From NCBI RefSeq assembly GCF_009914755.1, contig NC_060930.1: a stretch of 64,000 nt of DNA; one strand, 5' to 3'. Positions 14,611 to 28,252 of this stretch are shown in pieces. Position 1 is the first letter of the stretch. Every line of letters starts with the position of its first letter. The position numbers and the translations under genes are program-made. The notes under the pieces are model-generated. The model saw nothing but the letters and a program-made list of their open reading frames with translations. It did no database searches and was not told the DNA's origin. The stretch comes from the human T2T-CHM13v2.0 reference genome, Homo sapiens.

Positions 14611-16472
14611 TACCAAAGTTACTGTTTTGATCTAACAGACTGAATTTCTTAAAAGCAGTTTTGTGTATCCTACTTTATATTCCTTAGAGCAAAGAGCATA
14701 GTGGCACAAAATATTAGTGTTGTGGGTTTTTTGTTTTTGTTTTGTTTTGTTTTGTTTTGCTTTTTTTTTTTTTTTACTTTAATAGAATAAGGAAAAGAAA
14801 AGCTATTTATCATTTTTTTTCTCTTAATTTTCTTCTCCCCATTCTAAGCAGCTAGACAGGTCTCTGTGCTATTTTTTCTTTCAGTGGATGATTGCGCTTT
14901 AAAACAGAAAACAGAGCTTACTTGTACACAACTTCCCTTCCTGGCTTCTTTCAGTCCTATGACAATGTCATGGAGTGAGGAATACGCTATGTATGTCACA
15001 GGAGAAGGGAGAGAAGCTAATGCTTTTAAGGGAGATAGGCAGGAGCAGTAGACAAAGCAAGACTAGAGCGGTTGTCCAGAGCCAGTTCTCCCATGGAGGC
15101 AGGTGGTAGTACCTCTGGAAGAAGTGTGGAAAGCTGGCTTCCACCCCAGGGAATATTACTAGAACATTTCTGGAGAGAGGAATAGGCAGTAGAACCACTG
15201 AACTGCAAAGGAATCTGTGGACTTGGAAAATAAAGTGAACTTCTGTTTTTCTTAACAAAACTTTATAGCATGATTTAGGCCATGTGCAAGTATAACTTCG
15301 GTAAAAATAAAAATCAACTTAAGAGGATTAAGTATTACAAAAGTACTTTTAAATTTTAAACACTTGTCATGGCCACAGTGTTAATACTCTGATTAGATGT
15401 CATAGAAAGCACCTGATAATAAAAAAAATCTACATTCCCTCTAGTAAATCACAGAAAAGATTCCTTAAAAGGTATGAAAAGCATCCTTTTAAGTATGGGC
15501 CATGTCAGATGTTGGGAAGTTTATTTTATTGCAAAGGTATCTTGAGTGAATGACTCTGCAAGAAAGTTGAAGATCCTTCTCATTTTTCAGTAAATTTAGA
15601 AGGAAATTGTATTAGCCCAAATTTTCATGCCTCCTATTCTATCCCCCCAAAGTATTGTTTTTATATGCCAAGCACTTATTAGTAAAATGAATTTATTTCT
15701 GTTAGTATATCTATCTACTCTCATGATATTAAAATCTATCCAATTCAGGAAGCATGCTATATACAATTTGTTCTATTATAGCAATATATAAAATATTAAA
15801 ATATTTAGTAGGGCTTTAAAATGTACATTAAAATTTGGTAGGAAAATTACTAAACTTGCTGTTCCACTAGTTCTTAGCTGATTTTTATTTTAAGATGAGT
15901 TTTTTTTGTATATTTTTGTGACGATCCAAGAAAGATTCAGTTAAGACTTTCAGATTGATAGTAAATCTATATGCAAATAGAAAGACAATATTTCATCTCT
16001 CTTTTCTCATTCAGAAAATTGTGTCACAACTTATTTATACAAGTTTTTATTTATATAAAATTTAGTCATGAAAATCTTACATGTTCTTGTTAAGAATTCC
16101 AATTAAACTTTTCACACTATTATTTTGGTGTTTTTTTCTACTTCTACTGTCATTGGTATGTAATATTTTCATCATAGTCTCTGAGTGCTCTTTACATAGA
16201 AGAAATCCATTGTGTTTTTATTTTTAGTCTTATTTCTGCTCTCTTAGTCATACCAATTAATTTTAGTATGTTTTCAGTTGATTCCTAAAGAAAGCAATAT
16301 TATCAACTGTATACAGTTAAAACTTGTAGCATTTCAAACTTCCAGACCTCTGTTAATTATTGATAGTGATAACCAGTACACTAGTTTGGTTTGCTGTCAT
16401 TCTTCTGTTGTTTATTTTGCCTTAATTTGGAATTTCATTAGACATAATTTTATTATTAAAATATTTGTTGCT

Positions 16473-16853
16473 GGCCAGGCGCGGAGGCTCACGCCTGTAA
16501 TTGCAGCACTTTGGGAGGCCGAGGTGGGTGGATCACGAGGTCAGGAGATCGAGACCATCCTGGCTAACGCGGTGAAGCCCCATCTCTACTAAAAATACAA
16601 AAATTAGCTGGGCATGGTGGTGCCCGCCTGTAGTCCCAGCTACTCAGGAGACTGAGGCAGGAGAATCACTTGAAACTGGGAAGCGGAGATTGCAGTGAGC
16701 CGAGATCGCACCACTGCAACTCCAGCCTGGGTTACAGAGGAAGACTACATCTCAAATACATAAATAAAATAAAATAAAATAAAATAAAATAAAATAAAAT
16801 AAAATAAAATAAAATAAAATAAAATAAAATAAGATAAAATACAATAAAATAAA
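16473..16853 (+). mobile_element. Full-length Alu (AluSc/Y-like) with (TAAAA)n tail
   Basis: ggccaggcgcggaggctcacgcctgtaa...ggatcacgaggtcaggagatcgagaccatcctggctaac; TSD atttgttgct at 16463-16472 and 16854-16863. Confidence 0.97.
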
Positions 16854-16916
16854 ATTTGTTGCTAATTTGTGATAGATATTATTTATCATATGAGTAAATT
16901 ATCTTTCTATTCCTAG

Positions 16917-16988
16917 CTCTCTCTCTGTCTCTCTCCCCCTCCCCCTCCCCCGCTTTCTCTCTCTCTCTCTCTCTCTGACTCTCTTTCC
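16917..16988 (+). repeat. (CT)n/C-rich polypyrimidine tract
   Basis: Directly visible. Confidence 0.9.
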
Positions 16989-17042
16989 TTAATAGGAAAC
17001 AGAATCAAGTTTTATTGCATGCCATTAATCTCCTATTAACAT

Positions 17043-18283
17043 CATTGCTGTACCAAGGTTAGGTGGTTAGAGCAAGCCCCTCTGGGTTCAGGAAAGAAAA
17101 AGATTCACTTTCTGTAGAGGATTTAAAAACAGTAATACAACCAACTATTAGTCATTCTGCTTTTTATTATCCCCATGCCTCCAGCAATTCTAAACAGTGT
17201 CAATGACAAAATATTCCTCCCAGAAAAAATTTGTGTTGAGCAAAGTTTTAAAAATTGCTGTTGCAACTGCTGTATTTTCATAATATGTATGTAAGTTTCC
17301 AATTAGCACATTTTTATTATTTATCCTTTAATAAACATTGTATTCCATGGAAGCTAATGTAGAGAACTGCTGGTTATACAGTCAAACCCGATACACATGG
17401 GGTGAGTAAGAACTGAAGTACGGTTATATTTTTTCTTTACGATCACTGTGCTATCATTGTTTATATCAAATCTACTGTTTGCTTGCAGGAATATGTAGTA
17501 CCTCATGACTTAGAGACACAAATACTACCCTAAGTAAGCTCAACCAATTTCAAAACCATTATATACTTCAGAATTTTTTACCAAATATAATATTGTTTTA
17601 TTTTATTTTTTGTAAGGATATTTTAGCAAACATTTTCAAATGTGAAAACTCTGGAAAACCACAACAAATCCAAAGAAACAATGACAGACTGCATTATAAT
17701 TTCTGAAATTGATGGAGAAAAAGGTTTCTATGAATTTCTAACCAATTTCTTTGTGTTTAAGACATTTTCTACTTTTATATATGTTGTGTGCATGAAAAAA
17801 CTTTCAAAAATAAGATTTATATAAATTATGATTTTATCAAGTAGGAGTGAAGACAGATTAGCAGATCTGGACATCCTGATACTAAACAAAATATATAAAG
17901 ATCATTTTGATAAAGTCATTGACAAATTTGCAGAAACCTTGGAAATGAAAACTATTTCTTATATAATTGACCAAGATGTTGATATTGATCAATATTTTTT
18001 CATTTCAATAAAATTAATGCAATTTAAGAGGGTTAATCTAATGTCTCTTTTTTATACTGTATTTTTTTCTTATTTTATTGGCATTCATACACATATATGT
18101 ATATGTGTGTATATATGCATATATATTTATCATTCAATAAAGATAATTTTCACTGTATTTTCTTTTTAGCCTTATTTTACTAGACTCATTTCACAATTAT
18201 TGTTGAAGATAATTTTGTCACATAGAGGAGCAAGGTATTGAAATGATTGGCTCTAAATGTCAAATATTTTAGGTATGCCATAA
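17043..18283 (+). mobile_element. hAT (Tip100/Arthur1-like) DNA transposon fossil with decayed transposase C-terminus
   Basis: ORFs 17642/17828 give ...SKIRFI*..ILSSRSEDRLADLDILILN...HFDKVIDKFAE, resembling the hAT dimerisation motif (SKLKLIK..LRSTMS.ERL..LAIL.IE...DFD.VID.FA); 3' end aaatgattggctctaaatgtcaaatattttaggtatgcca. Confidence 0.7.
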
Positions 18284-18778
18284 ATTCAGATTAGTTTCCT
18301 AATTTTACCTCATATGCTTCATTGAATTGATAGATTCCCTAAAATTAAATCATCCTTTCATTTCTAGAATTAAAATCAATTGATAAAGACAAATGACTCT
18401 TTTAAAAATACTCAATTTCAATTTGCAAGTATTTTAATTAAGATTTTTCCACAGTATTTTTGATTTTGATTTGCAAATAATTTTAAGTAAGATTTCTATG
18501 CAAAAGACTCTCTTTTTTATATTTTTGTATGCATGTTATGCTAATTTATTAAAAAATACTATGCAGTTTTTCATATTTTTAAAATAGTCTGGACCAATTT
18601 ATGTAGCATTTGATGTGTTTCTTTTTTTCTCTCCCCCCTAAAATGACAAATTTCCTCTTCTCCTTTAGAAAACAGAAAAAAACTTTTGATCATATTTTCA
18701 GCAACTACCAATATTGTTTACCTATTTATGTTTCTCATTCCTGGGACATCTCGATAAGATTTTTAATGAGGTGCGTGG

Positions 18779-19010
18779 GGCATGCTGGCTCATACCTGTA
18801 ATTTCAACACTTCCTTTTTAAATTTTTATTTATTTGTTTTTATTTTTATTCAATTAGTTATTTTTATTTATTTATTTTGGGGGAGAGTGTGGAAGGTCGA
18901 GGTGGAAGCATCACTTGAGCCCAGATGGTCAAAGCTGCAGTGAGTTAGGATGGTGCCACTGCATTCCAGCCTAGGTGACAGAGCAAGATCCTCTCTCAAA
19001 AGAAAAAAAA
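18779..19010 (+). mobile_element. Old Alu monomer (FRAM/AluJ-like) interrupted by a T-rich insert
   Basis: ggcatgctggctcatacctgtaatttcaacactt [T-rich ~75 nt] ggaaggtcgaggtggaagcatcacttgagccc...gtgacagagcaagatcctctctcaaaa. Confidence 0.8.
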
Positions 19011-19529
19011 GAGGGGGGATTTTTAATATATTAGATATTAGCATAGAGTTAATGTAGTAATCATTAAAGTGCTAGTGAATATTTATACTATGTTATTTCT
19101 CTTTTTATTTGTTTGGGATTTTTCTATTTTTATTAAGTTTACCAGAAGTTTGTTGATTACTTGGTCTTGCAAATTAACAACCCTTAGACGAATTAATCCT
19201 ATTGTTTTTGTTTTCTAACTCAGCACATTTTGCTTTCACTCCTGCATGTAGTCCTTTTAGGATTTCATGGAGTATGTTTAATCAGATGCTTAATTTATTA
19301 ATATACATTTATTCTGATATTTTTCTTTTGGTACCAAACTTCCAAACACATTAATTTATCATACAGTTCTTTGGCTGCTACTTTTCTGTTTTGATAAATT
19401 TTTAAGTATTTTTTAAATGTTATTCCTTAAACATGTAATTTCCTCTCTTAATATAGCTGTTTATTTTAAATAGCTCTTTTATATATTTTATGAATACTTG
19501 ATTGTAAACACGGCATAATCTGCCTCTGT

Positions 19530-20300
19530 AATTTGCTTTTACCAGTGAAATCTACCATTAGCTCTATGGCTTTTGACAAATGCAGAATCGGTGATCACCA
19601 CCACAGTCAAGATACAGAATAGTTCCATTACCTGTTCATGGCTCTTTTGTAGTCAGTCTTTCACCCCACCTTTAATCCCTGGAAAATACTAATCTGTTCC
19701 TATATCTACAATTTTGCTTATTCTAGAATTTCATACAAATGAAATTAGACAATATATAGCCCTTTGGGTCTGGTATTTTTCACTTAGCTAGATGTATTTT
19801 AGGTTTATGTTTTAGCATTATCAATTGTTCTCCCCTTTTAATGTTGCCAAGAAGTCTAATTCAATGGGTGTGTCACTGCTTATTCAGTCACTGAAGGATG
19901 TTTAAGTTGTTTCCAGTTTTGGAGAATTGTGAATACAATCACTATAAACATTCATGTACAGGCTTTTGTGTGAACCCAAGTTTCCATTTCTCTAGGTAAA
20001 TACCTGGAACTGAGATTTGTGTCATAATGGCAAGCATAAGTTTAATGTTATCAAAAAATTGTAAGATATTTTCTACGTGGTTGTATTATTTTGCATACCT
20101 ACCAGCAATTTATACGCGTTTTAGTTGGTCTGCATCATTGACGCACTTGGTTTTCTGAGTTCAGGGTTTTTTATTTCTTTTTCTATTTTAGCCATTTTTA
20201 TGATGTGTAGTGGTATCTCATTTTAGTTTTAATTAGCAATTCTCTAATAATTGATAGTGTTGAACATTTTCTTACATGTTTATTAATTATCTATACTTTT
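19530..20300 (-). mobile_element. Old LINE-1 3' end (L1MC/L1ME-like)
   Basis: accaccacagtcaagatacagaatagttccattacc...actataaacattcatgtacaggcttttgtgtgaac...gtgtagtggtatctcattttagttttaatt. Confidence 0.8.
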
Positions 20301-21342
20301 TATATTTTTACACTTACATACCACCCGATTAGTGATTGATTTAACTGTTCCATGGAATCTCAAAAATCATAATTTCATACATATCAATATATTTCAAAGC
20401 ACAATCTTCATTATGTACCATTTAATTTAATATTATTAATTGTATTATTTAAGTACAAAATTATTTTACATTTGTATGTGTGTGTGTAGGCTATTATGCA
20501 GTATTAATTTTATGGAAAGATTTCACACTACAGTTTTGCTTCTACCAATTTTTACTTACATTTCTAATCATCTTTACCTTAAACATTTTAATTTATTACT
20601 TTCCATATACAGAGTTGACACTGCCGAAGCTTTGTAAAGTTTTATGTGGTTCATGATCATAGTGACTTGTTTTGTTCAATGTCATTCAATTTTTTGAATC
20701 CTAGACTTACTAATATAAAATTTTGAACACTGTTTTCTTCTGCTCATGCAGTCCTGATATACCTTATTATTTGATTTAGAGTTTATCGATCACTCAACTG
20801 CTTCTTCAGTGGCATTATTTTTGCAGCTAACACAATATGTTACTTGAATTTACATTAGTAATTGTTGCTTAAATGACATTTTAAAAACTATGCTATGATA
20901 CAGTATTGAGACTCAAAAAGTTATTATGTATGATTATAAAATGTTTAAAGCTAAGAAAGGTTGATAAGATGATAAATATGTATAATGAAAACCTTACATT
21001 TAGAGACCAGGTTTAGCCAAAACAAAAATGCAGCCATACTTTCGCACTCTTTCATATCCCTTAGAAGTAACTATCAATCTAGAAGATACTAAAGAGATCA
21101 AGGTGCCAAAAGTGGGTTATGAATATCCTATATCATTGTGATCATTTAAATAATTGCCGATGGCAAAAAGTTCCAAAACATCTTGAGATTCCATGAAAAG
21201 AAATGCTTTGACTCAAAAATCAAACTTGATACTAAACTATAAAGTATATAATTTGTGGGTAAATGCATGCAATTACTACTCAATTGAAAAATAATGTATA
21301 CATTTATTTAGTAATCCTTCTCTGCAATCCCAAAATGACAGC

Positions 21343-21650
<308 letters not shown>

Positions 21651-22295
21651 AACACCTTTTAAACAGTGTTATAAATGAGGTATTACATCTCTGCCATCCA
21701 AATTATTCTTTGCTCATATATACTTGAGCGTTTTATAATTAAGTTATAGAAGGTTATTTGAACATCAAGTTATTTAGACCAAATCTATTTGCTCACCTCA
21801 TTTAATTCTAAAACTCTAACTCCTTGAATATTATAAACACCTCATTCTTCTCAATTTTTTTTCAGCAATTACCTATAGGATGACTTTGAGCAATTATTTT
21901 CAAAATAGAATGTTGACGGTATGTTTTTAAAATTCTTAAATATCTGGAAATGTCTTCACATGACTGCTATTTACAAATAATGAGTTGAGTTGGCTGAAAA
22001 GAGATCAAAGCAAACAACAGAAAAAAAAGTAAATAATTATTAACACCTAGTCACAGGAGGAATTTCTAAGCATAAGCTGCAAACTTAAAACTCCCCAAAG
22101 AGAAAATATAAAAGATTAATAAATCTCAGAAGAAACACAAATAAAAGAGTATGTTTTAGATTATCAAGAATGGAAATACATAATATTAATTCAGGTTTCA
22201 TTCTGGTAAAATAATACTAACGTTTACACTCATACAAACAGAAATTGAAACAAATTTACTGAAAAGCAATTTAGTGTATTTTTCAGGAGGCTTAA

Positions 22296-22760
22296 ACGTG
22301 TATTTATTGCAGCACTATTTACAATAGCAAAGACTTGGGTCCAACCCAAATGCCCATCATTGATAGACTGGATAAAGAAAATGTGGCACATATACACAAT
22401 GGAATACTATGCAGCCATAAAAAAGAATGAGTTCACGTCCTTTGCAGGGACATGGATGAAGCTGGAAACTAACACAGGAATAGAAAACCAAACACTGCAT
22501 GTTTTCACTCATAAGTGGGAATTGAACAATGAGAACATATGGACACAAGGAGGGGAACATCACACACTGGGGCCTGTCGGCGAGTAGGGGGCAAAGGGAG
22601 GGAGAGCATTAGGATAAATGCATGCGGGGCTTAAAACCTAGATGATAAGTTGATAGGTGCAGCAAACCACCATGGCACATGTATATCTAGGTAACAAACC
22701 TGCACGTTCTGCACATGACGTGTATCCCACAACTTAAAGTAAAATTTTAAAAAAAAAGTT
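22296..22760 (+). mobile_element. Primate L1PA 3' end, 5'-truncated
   Basis: ORF 22360 DWIKKMWHIYTMEYYAAIKKNEFTSFAGTWMKLET is the L1 ORF2 C-terminus; 3' UTR gcaaaccaccatggcacatgtat...aacctgcacgttctgcacatg and A tail. Confidence 0.95.
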
Positions 22761-23616
22761 TAAAAAGGTATAGGATAGCAAGTGATTTAGCAGTGATATT
22801 GAAACACTGGTTAGTTTCAATTATCAGTGTTCCTGGGTTCATTTTCCTCAGGAACTCCTCAATGTAATTCTGTGTAAATGCATTAAAAAAGGTCACACCT
22901 TTTGCTCTAATAATTCGTTTTCTAAGAACAGACTCTAAAAAACTGGTCAGGAATGTTTAAGAACATATGAGTAAAAATAGCTATTGCAACACAGCACACA
23001 ATAGTAAAAACTAAAAAAATTGCATGCCCAATAATAAAATACTGTTTATGCAAATATGACAATGAATTGTCTAGCTGATATTATTCAGTCATCAAAAATA
23101 TATTCATAAGGAGAAAATGAACAAATGAGAAAACTCAAAAACTTAAAAATCAAGAATTAAGTAAGGGTACAACCTTACATAAACAGTTCAACTATACAAA
23201 AAGGTATATTTTTAAAGTATAAGAGGAAATGTACAAAAACATCAACAATAATTGGCTCTAGATAATGGAATTGTAACTTTTTTCCTGCTCCTTTTTAATT
23301 TGACATAAAAGTGACTACAATGTCAACAAATTAAAGTATCATAACGTTCTGTTTGCTGTATTTCCAGAATGGCTTTTATAAACAGTCCTTCTCCATAAAG
23401 GAAAGTTTCTTCCAAATACCAATGATCAATCATGTTAAACACTGTAACTTATATCCTCCTTGCAGAGATTCATAATGCTCATTAGCATAATAAACACACT
23501 GAGGAATCCTGTCCTGAAAACATAAGAACCTATTGAATTAGTTTCTTTGCATAGTTCAAATTTATTTGGCCACAAAATTTCAGACAACACCTCTGAAAAG
23601 GACAGAGAAATGTTTT

Positions 23617-23892
23617 GGTGGCTCATGCCTATAATCCCAGCACTTTGGGAAGCTAAGACAGGCAAATCTCACAAGCACAGGATTTGAGACCAGCCTGGGC
23701 AATATAGGGAGACTTCATCTCCAAAACAATTTTAAAAATTAGCCATGTGCAGTGGCATGGGCCTGTAGTCCCAGGTGCTTGGGAGCCTGAGGTGGGAGGA
23801 CTGCTTGAGCCCAGGAGGTGAGGCTGCAGTGAGCCGAGATCACACCACTGACCTCCAGCCTGGGTAACAGAGCAAGATCCTGTCTCAAAAAA
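23617..23892 (+). mobile_element. AluJ, slightly 5'-truncated
   Basis: ggtggctcatgcctataatcccagcactttggga...gggaggactgcttgagcccaggagg...gcaagatcctgtctcaaaa; flanking aatgtttt is repeated. Confidence 0.93.
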
Positions 23893-26599
23893 TTTTTTTA
23901 AAAAGTAATGTTTTCAACGAAATTCATTTCAGGAAACCCTGACAAAGAACTCTGATTAAAAAGAGTAAATGATTGAAAGTGGCCAAGAGATTTGAATATA
24001 ATTATAGTTAAGCACATGTTTTATCATATGTCAATGAAATTAGTCTAATAAAAATTAAATGTTTGACTTATTCATAAGTTCATCTGACTTCCTAAGCATG
24101 TCTCAGACTAAATAATTAGAAATCAGATATTAAGATCCTTCACACTTCTAGCATTACAATTGGGCTATTGGTAGATTGGGTACGAGTGGCTAAAGGTAAA
24201 GAGAGAGAGAGAGAGAAACAAAATAGAATTTTTAAGAAGCAGCAGGTGATGTCTTAAATGCTCATTTTTACTCTTAGCTACTTCTTGCCTTGCTTTTCAA
24301 AGCAGAGATTAGTTTTCAGTGTTTTAGCTAAACGTCAGTATGTTAACAACTGTACCTACTTTTCATAATTCATTGTTTGGTTCCCTCTGTTTGGTATTGG
24401 GAGCTGAGGATAGCCGGGTCTGAACTGTCCTCATGTACTTCTGCATTTTGCTTTGAGAAATTTTGTAGCTCCAGAAATATTTTCTTTTGGAAAACAAATA
24501 TATCCCAAGTCCTTACCCTTTAATTCATAAAATACATAAGGAGCAGAAATAATATATTCAGCTTTTGTGTGATACAGGGGCAATGAGTGAGCTATGGAAA
24601 GAAACTCACTTTACACATGCAAGAGATTAGGGCTGTAACTGCTACAAATCAAAGGATGTGTACTAAATATGGGATGTTATTAAATATTATCTAGAACACA
24701 GAGGAGTTTCAGTCATGACTAGCAAGATGAAGCAGAAGTTATCTGTCAGTTTCTAGCTGCAGCAAGCAGTAGGAGATTCCTAACTTGTCAGCTGTAGATG
24801 TTCCTGCAGCCCAAACTTCCACTTTAGTAGGTTTCTACTAATTTGCTGGCCAATCCCCAGTGGGGTCAGAGAAGCTGAGGCAAGGCACTCATACTTAGCA
24901 GCATGGCAGCCCTGCTTATATGGCCTTCTAGACCGGCCAGCAGGTTGGAAATCACCCAGCATACAATTAAACTCACTAATACTTTATTCCAATCTCCAAC
25001 CCTTCTTTTAAGGCCTATTACTATTTGCAACTTTGATATTTTACCTCTTTTCTATTTTGCCAAATGTTAATCTTGTTTATGCCAAATCTGTCTTTTAAAA
25101 GTGGGAATCAATAACACAGATCAATCTTTCCACTCCTCATTACTGACCAATTAGATTGTATGTCACAAATGTCAGTATCTTTGGTGTCTGCACAGTGCTT
25201 CTTTTCCTCTGTTTCATGAGTATTTGCCTCCTTTGGAAGGCCAGCAACACAACTCATCTATCAAAAGCCCGTAACAGTTGAACTCCAGGGAGTAGACTCT
25301 TGGTAAACTCATTATTACAGACTTTCTTCTAAAATATTTTTATTTCATTTTATGCCATTTTATGTCCCTTACTGATGAAGTGAAAATAGTGCAAATTCAA
25401 TATATAATATGTTGGAAAGTATATAGAACTTTACAAAGAATTCAACACAGCAGCCTTCTCAATAGCATTGACAAAGGCAGCACAGCATATCAGGGAATAG
25501 CTTCAGCTCTGAATCCAGTTCTTCCTATTACAGGAAGTAGGACTTCGGACAAAGGACTTCAGGGTCTCAATTTCTTCATCTATAAAACTGAGTGACTTTA
25601 TGAAAAATTAAAATGTTAGCACTTGAAATGCTATTTGCATGCTCTCTTGCACATCATAAGCACTACGCTAGCTGTAGCAAACAGAATATCCACTAGAGAA
25701 GAAATCATTAAGGTCTTAACTTCTTCCACTTCTATTATTTCACTTTTATGATAGAATGCTTTGTTGATGTGAATTGATAGGTGAACGCTAACAACTATGA
25801 TGGTGTACCAGTACACTTATATCCATATTTTGATGCAATTTTTACTTCACAATCACAGTAAACTACCAGGAAAGAGTAAGGAAGTCATAGAATATTGGTC
25901 GATTTTTCTCGACAATCAACTTAAAGTAATCATTGCCCAATCCCCAATACCGTAAGTAGATTCAAGGAAATGTATGAAAGTGGTCCTTATACCAATTCTC
26001 AGAATCCCCTTTTATTTCAATTTATAATTGTATCTCCATTGACTATTATATCCTGAAACTACATTATGTTCAATGTATACAGTAGCAAAGTAAACATTGT
26101 ATACAGTCTTGTTAGCAGTAAAATATGGGTGAAAATCTTTATCCATCACAATTGAAGAAGTAAGATAGGGCCAGAGGTAAGATTTAGACAGCTCCAACAA
26201 CTTAATTTTGAAAAATTGAATGCTCTTGTATCCTTATTTCCTGAATACAACACAAACAATGAATGTTTGAGACACACTTATATTTTGGAATGTACAATTA
26301 GCATCCAGTGTAAAATATAAAACCTTCTTTTCGGATATTTCCTTGAAAGTCACTGGAGCCTCCATACTAATAATTTCCCAGAGCTACACAAGCAGGCTTC
26401 TAACAGACTCTCCAAGCTTTGCTGCGACTTGGTTTTACCTTTGCTCCAGTCTTTTTGGACTAAAAGGCTTCCATAGGTTCTGTCAACTGGTAACAGACTT
26501 TTAAAAAAAATTCTTTAAAGGGATTTTTGTTGGTGTTTTTAATTTTACTTGGTGCTAGATTTTGGGTGTGATTTATTTAAAGTATGTGACATTGAGCAA

Positions 26600-27190
26600 A
26601 GAAAAAAAATCCTGGCACAAGAATGAAGGATTCTGGGCCTGGACCTGGCTCCTTTGCCCTGTGATTTTGGCAGTAAAACAGGCACAGTCTTTCGCACAGT
26701 GTCTGGCCCAATAGTAGGTAATCAGCTTATATTTGTTAAATGACTGAATGAATGACCTTTCAGAACTCCAGTTTCCATAGATGTGTGTTGTGGGATCATA
26801 TCTACTTCCTTGAGGGCTATATACTGCGGTAATTTAGATCAAACCACATAACGTATATAAAGATGCTTTTAAAAAATATAAGCCATTATTATTGTTGTTG
26901 TTAAAAGTTGTATACTTTTTAACTTCTTCAAAATTTTGTTACAAAGCAAAGAATAATGGTGAAGAATATAAAAACTGTCGCCAGAGCATGGCTCCAGTAA
27001 TGATTCTGCCATTCACTAGCTGGGTGACTTTTATAAGTTATTTACCCTCAGAACACCCTCAATTTTTACATCAATACATTGGCAGAAATATATTTACCTA
27101 TGGAATTAAGATGTGGATAAATTGAAATAACGCATAAAAATCACAGAGTCCAGTCTCTGCCATGGGAACTACATTTATTGTTGTTATTAT
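26600..27190 (+). mobile_element. Cluster of MIR fragments with an L2 3' end
   Basis: gcacagtgtctggcccaatagtaggtaatc...gactgaatgaatga (L2 tail); ctccagtttccatagatgtg; ctgccattcactagctgggtgactttt. Confidence 0.6.
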
Positions 27191-27242
27191 TCCTTTAATT
27201 ATCACTGCTACAACCATACTAAGACCTGAAAATTTTATATAC

Positions 27243-27633
27243 GATAAGCAGCCACATAATGACAATGTTTAGGTCAACATGGATTGTATATATAACACTG
27301 GTCTCATAAGATTATAATGGAGCTCAAAAATTCCTATCATCTAGTGACATCATAGCCATCATAATGTAGCACAACCAATTACGTGTTTTCAGATATGTTT
27401 CAATAAACAAATACTTACCATGGTGTTACAATTTCCTACAGTTTTCAGTGCAGTAACATGCTATAGAGGTGTGTAGCTTAGGAGCAATAGGCTTTACCAT
27501 CTAGCTGAGGTGTTTAGTAGGATATGCCATCTAGGTTTGTGTAAGTACACTCTATAATATTGGTACAGTGATGAAATCACCTAAAGAAACGTTTCTCAGA
27601 AGGTACACCCCCATTTTTAAAGATGCATAACCG
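27243..27633 (+). mobile_element. Tigger3-family (TcMar-Tigger) non-autonomous transposon
   Basis: ggtctcataagattataatggagctcaaaaattcctatc...cagtaacatgctatagaggt...aggagcaataggct...ccatctaggtttgtgtaagtacactctat...tttctcagaaggtacacccc. Confidence 0.88.
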
Positions 27634-27845
27634 TGAATGCATCACACATATAAAAAAAAAGCTCACTTAATTCTGATAAATAAAATTATTCCTCAATGTA
27701 AATTACTGAAGAATGATAACTTTTAATGTAAAGTGTAAAGAGAAAAACCTTAAATGGTGGTTCGAATATATCAATAAATATGTAGCTGGAATCTGTACTT
27801 ATTTTAATAACTACCCATCACAATTAAAAATCTAGCAGTAATTAT

Positions 27846-28252
27846 CACTACGATTTGAGTATGTCCTCTCCTAAGCTCATGTTGAAAGTTGATTCCCAAT
27901 ATGGCAGCGTTTGGAATTGGAACCTTGTGAAAGGTGCTTGGATTATGAAGGCACTGCCGTTATGAATAGATAAATGTCATCTTGTGGGAGGGAGGGAGTT
28001 ATTGGTCGCCTGGGAATGGATTAGTTCCCTTGAGAGCAGGCTGTAATAAGTCCAGTCTCTCTTGTGTGTCTCTGCACATACTCACGTTCCCTTCTACTTT
28101 CCACCAAGAGTTAAAACAGCATGAGACACTCATCGAATGGGCTGCCTGATCTTAGATTTCTCAGCCTCCTGAATCATGAGCCAAACAAACTTTTCCTTAT
28201 AAATTACTCAGTCTCAGGTATTGTGTTACATCAACACAAACAGACTGAGACA
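27846..28252 (+). mobile_element. MST (ERVL-MaLR) solo LTR
   Basis: gctcatgttgaaagttgattcccaat...gaatcatgagccaaacaaacttttccttataaattactcagtctcaggtattgtgttacatcaacacaaacagactgagaca. Confidence 0.88.

Noticed and set aside
23400-23945. Possible old hAT-Charlie MER surrounding the AluJ
   Set aside because: Resemblance (gagattcataatgctcattagcata...) is too diverged to name or delimit by eye
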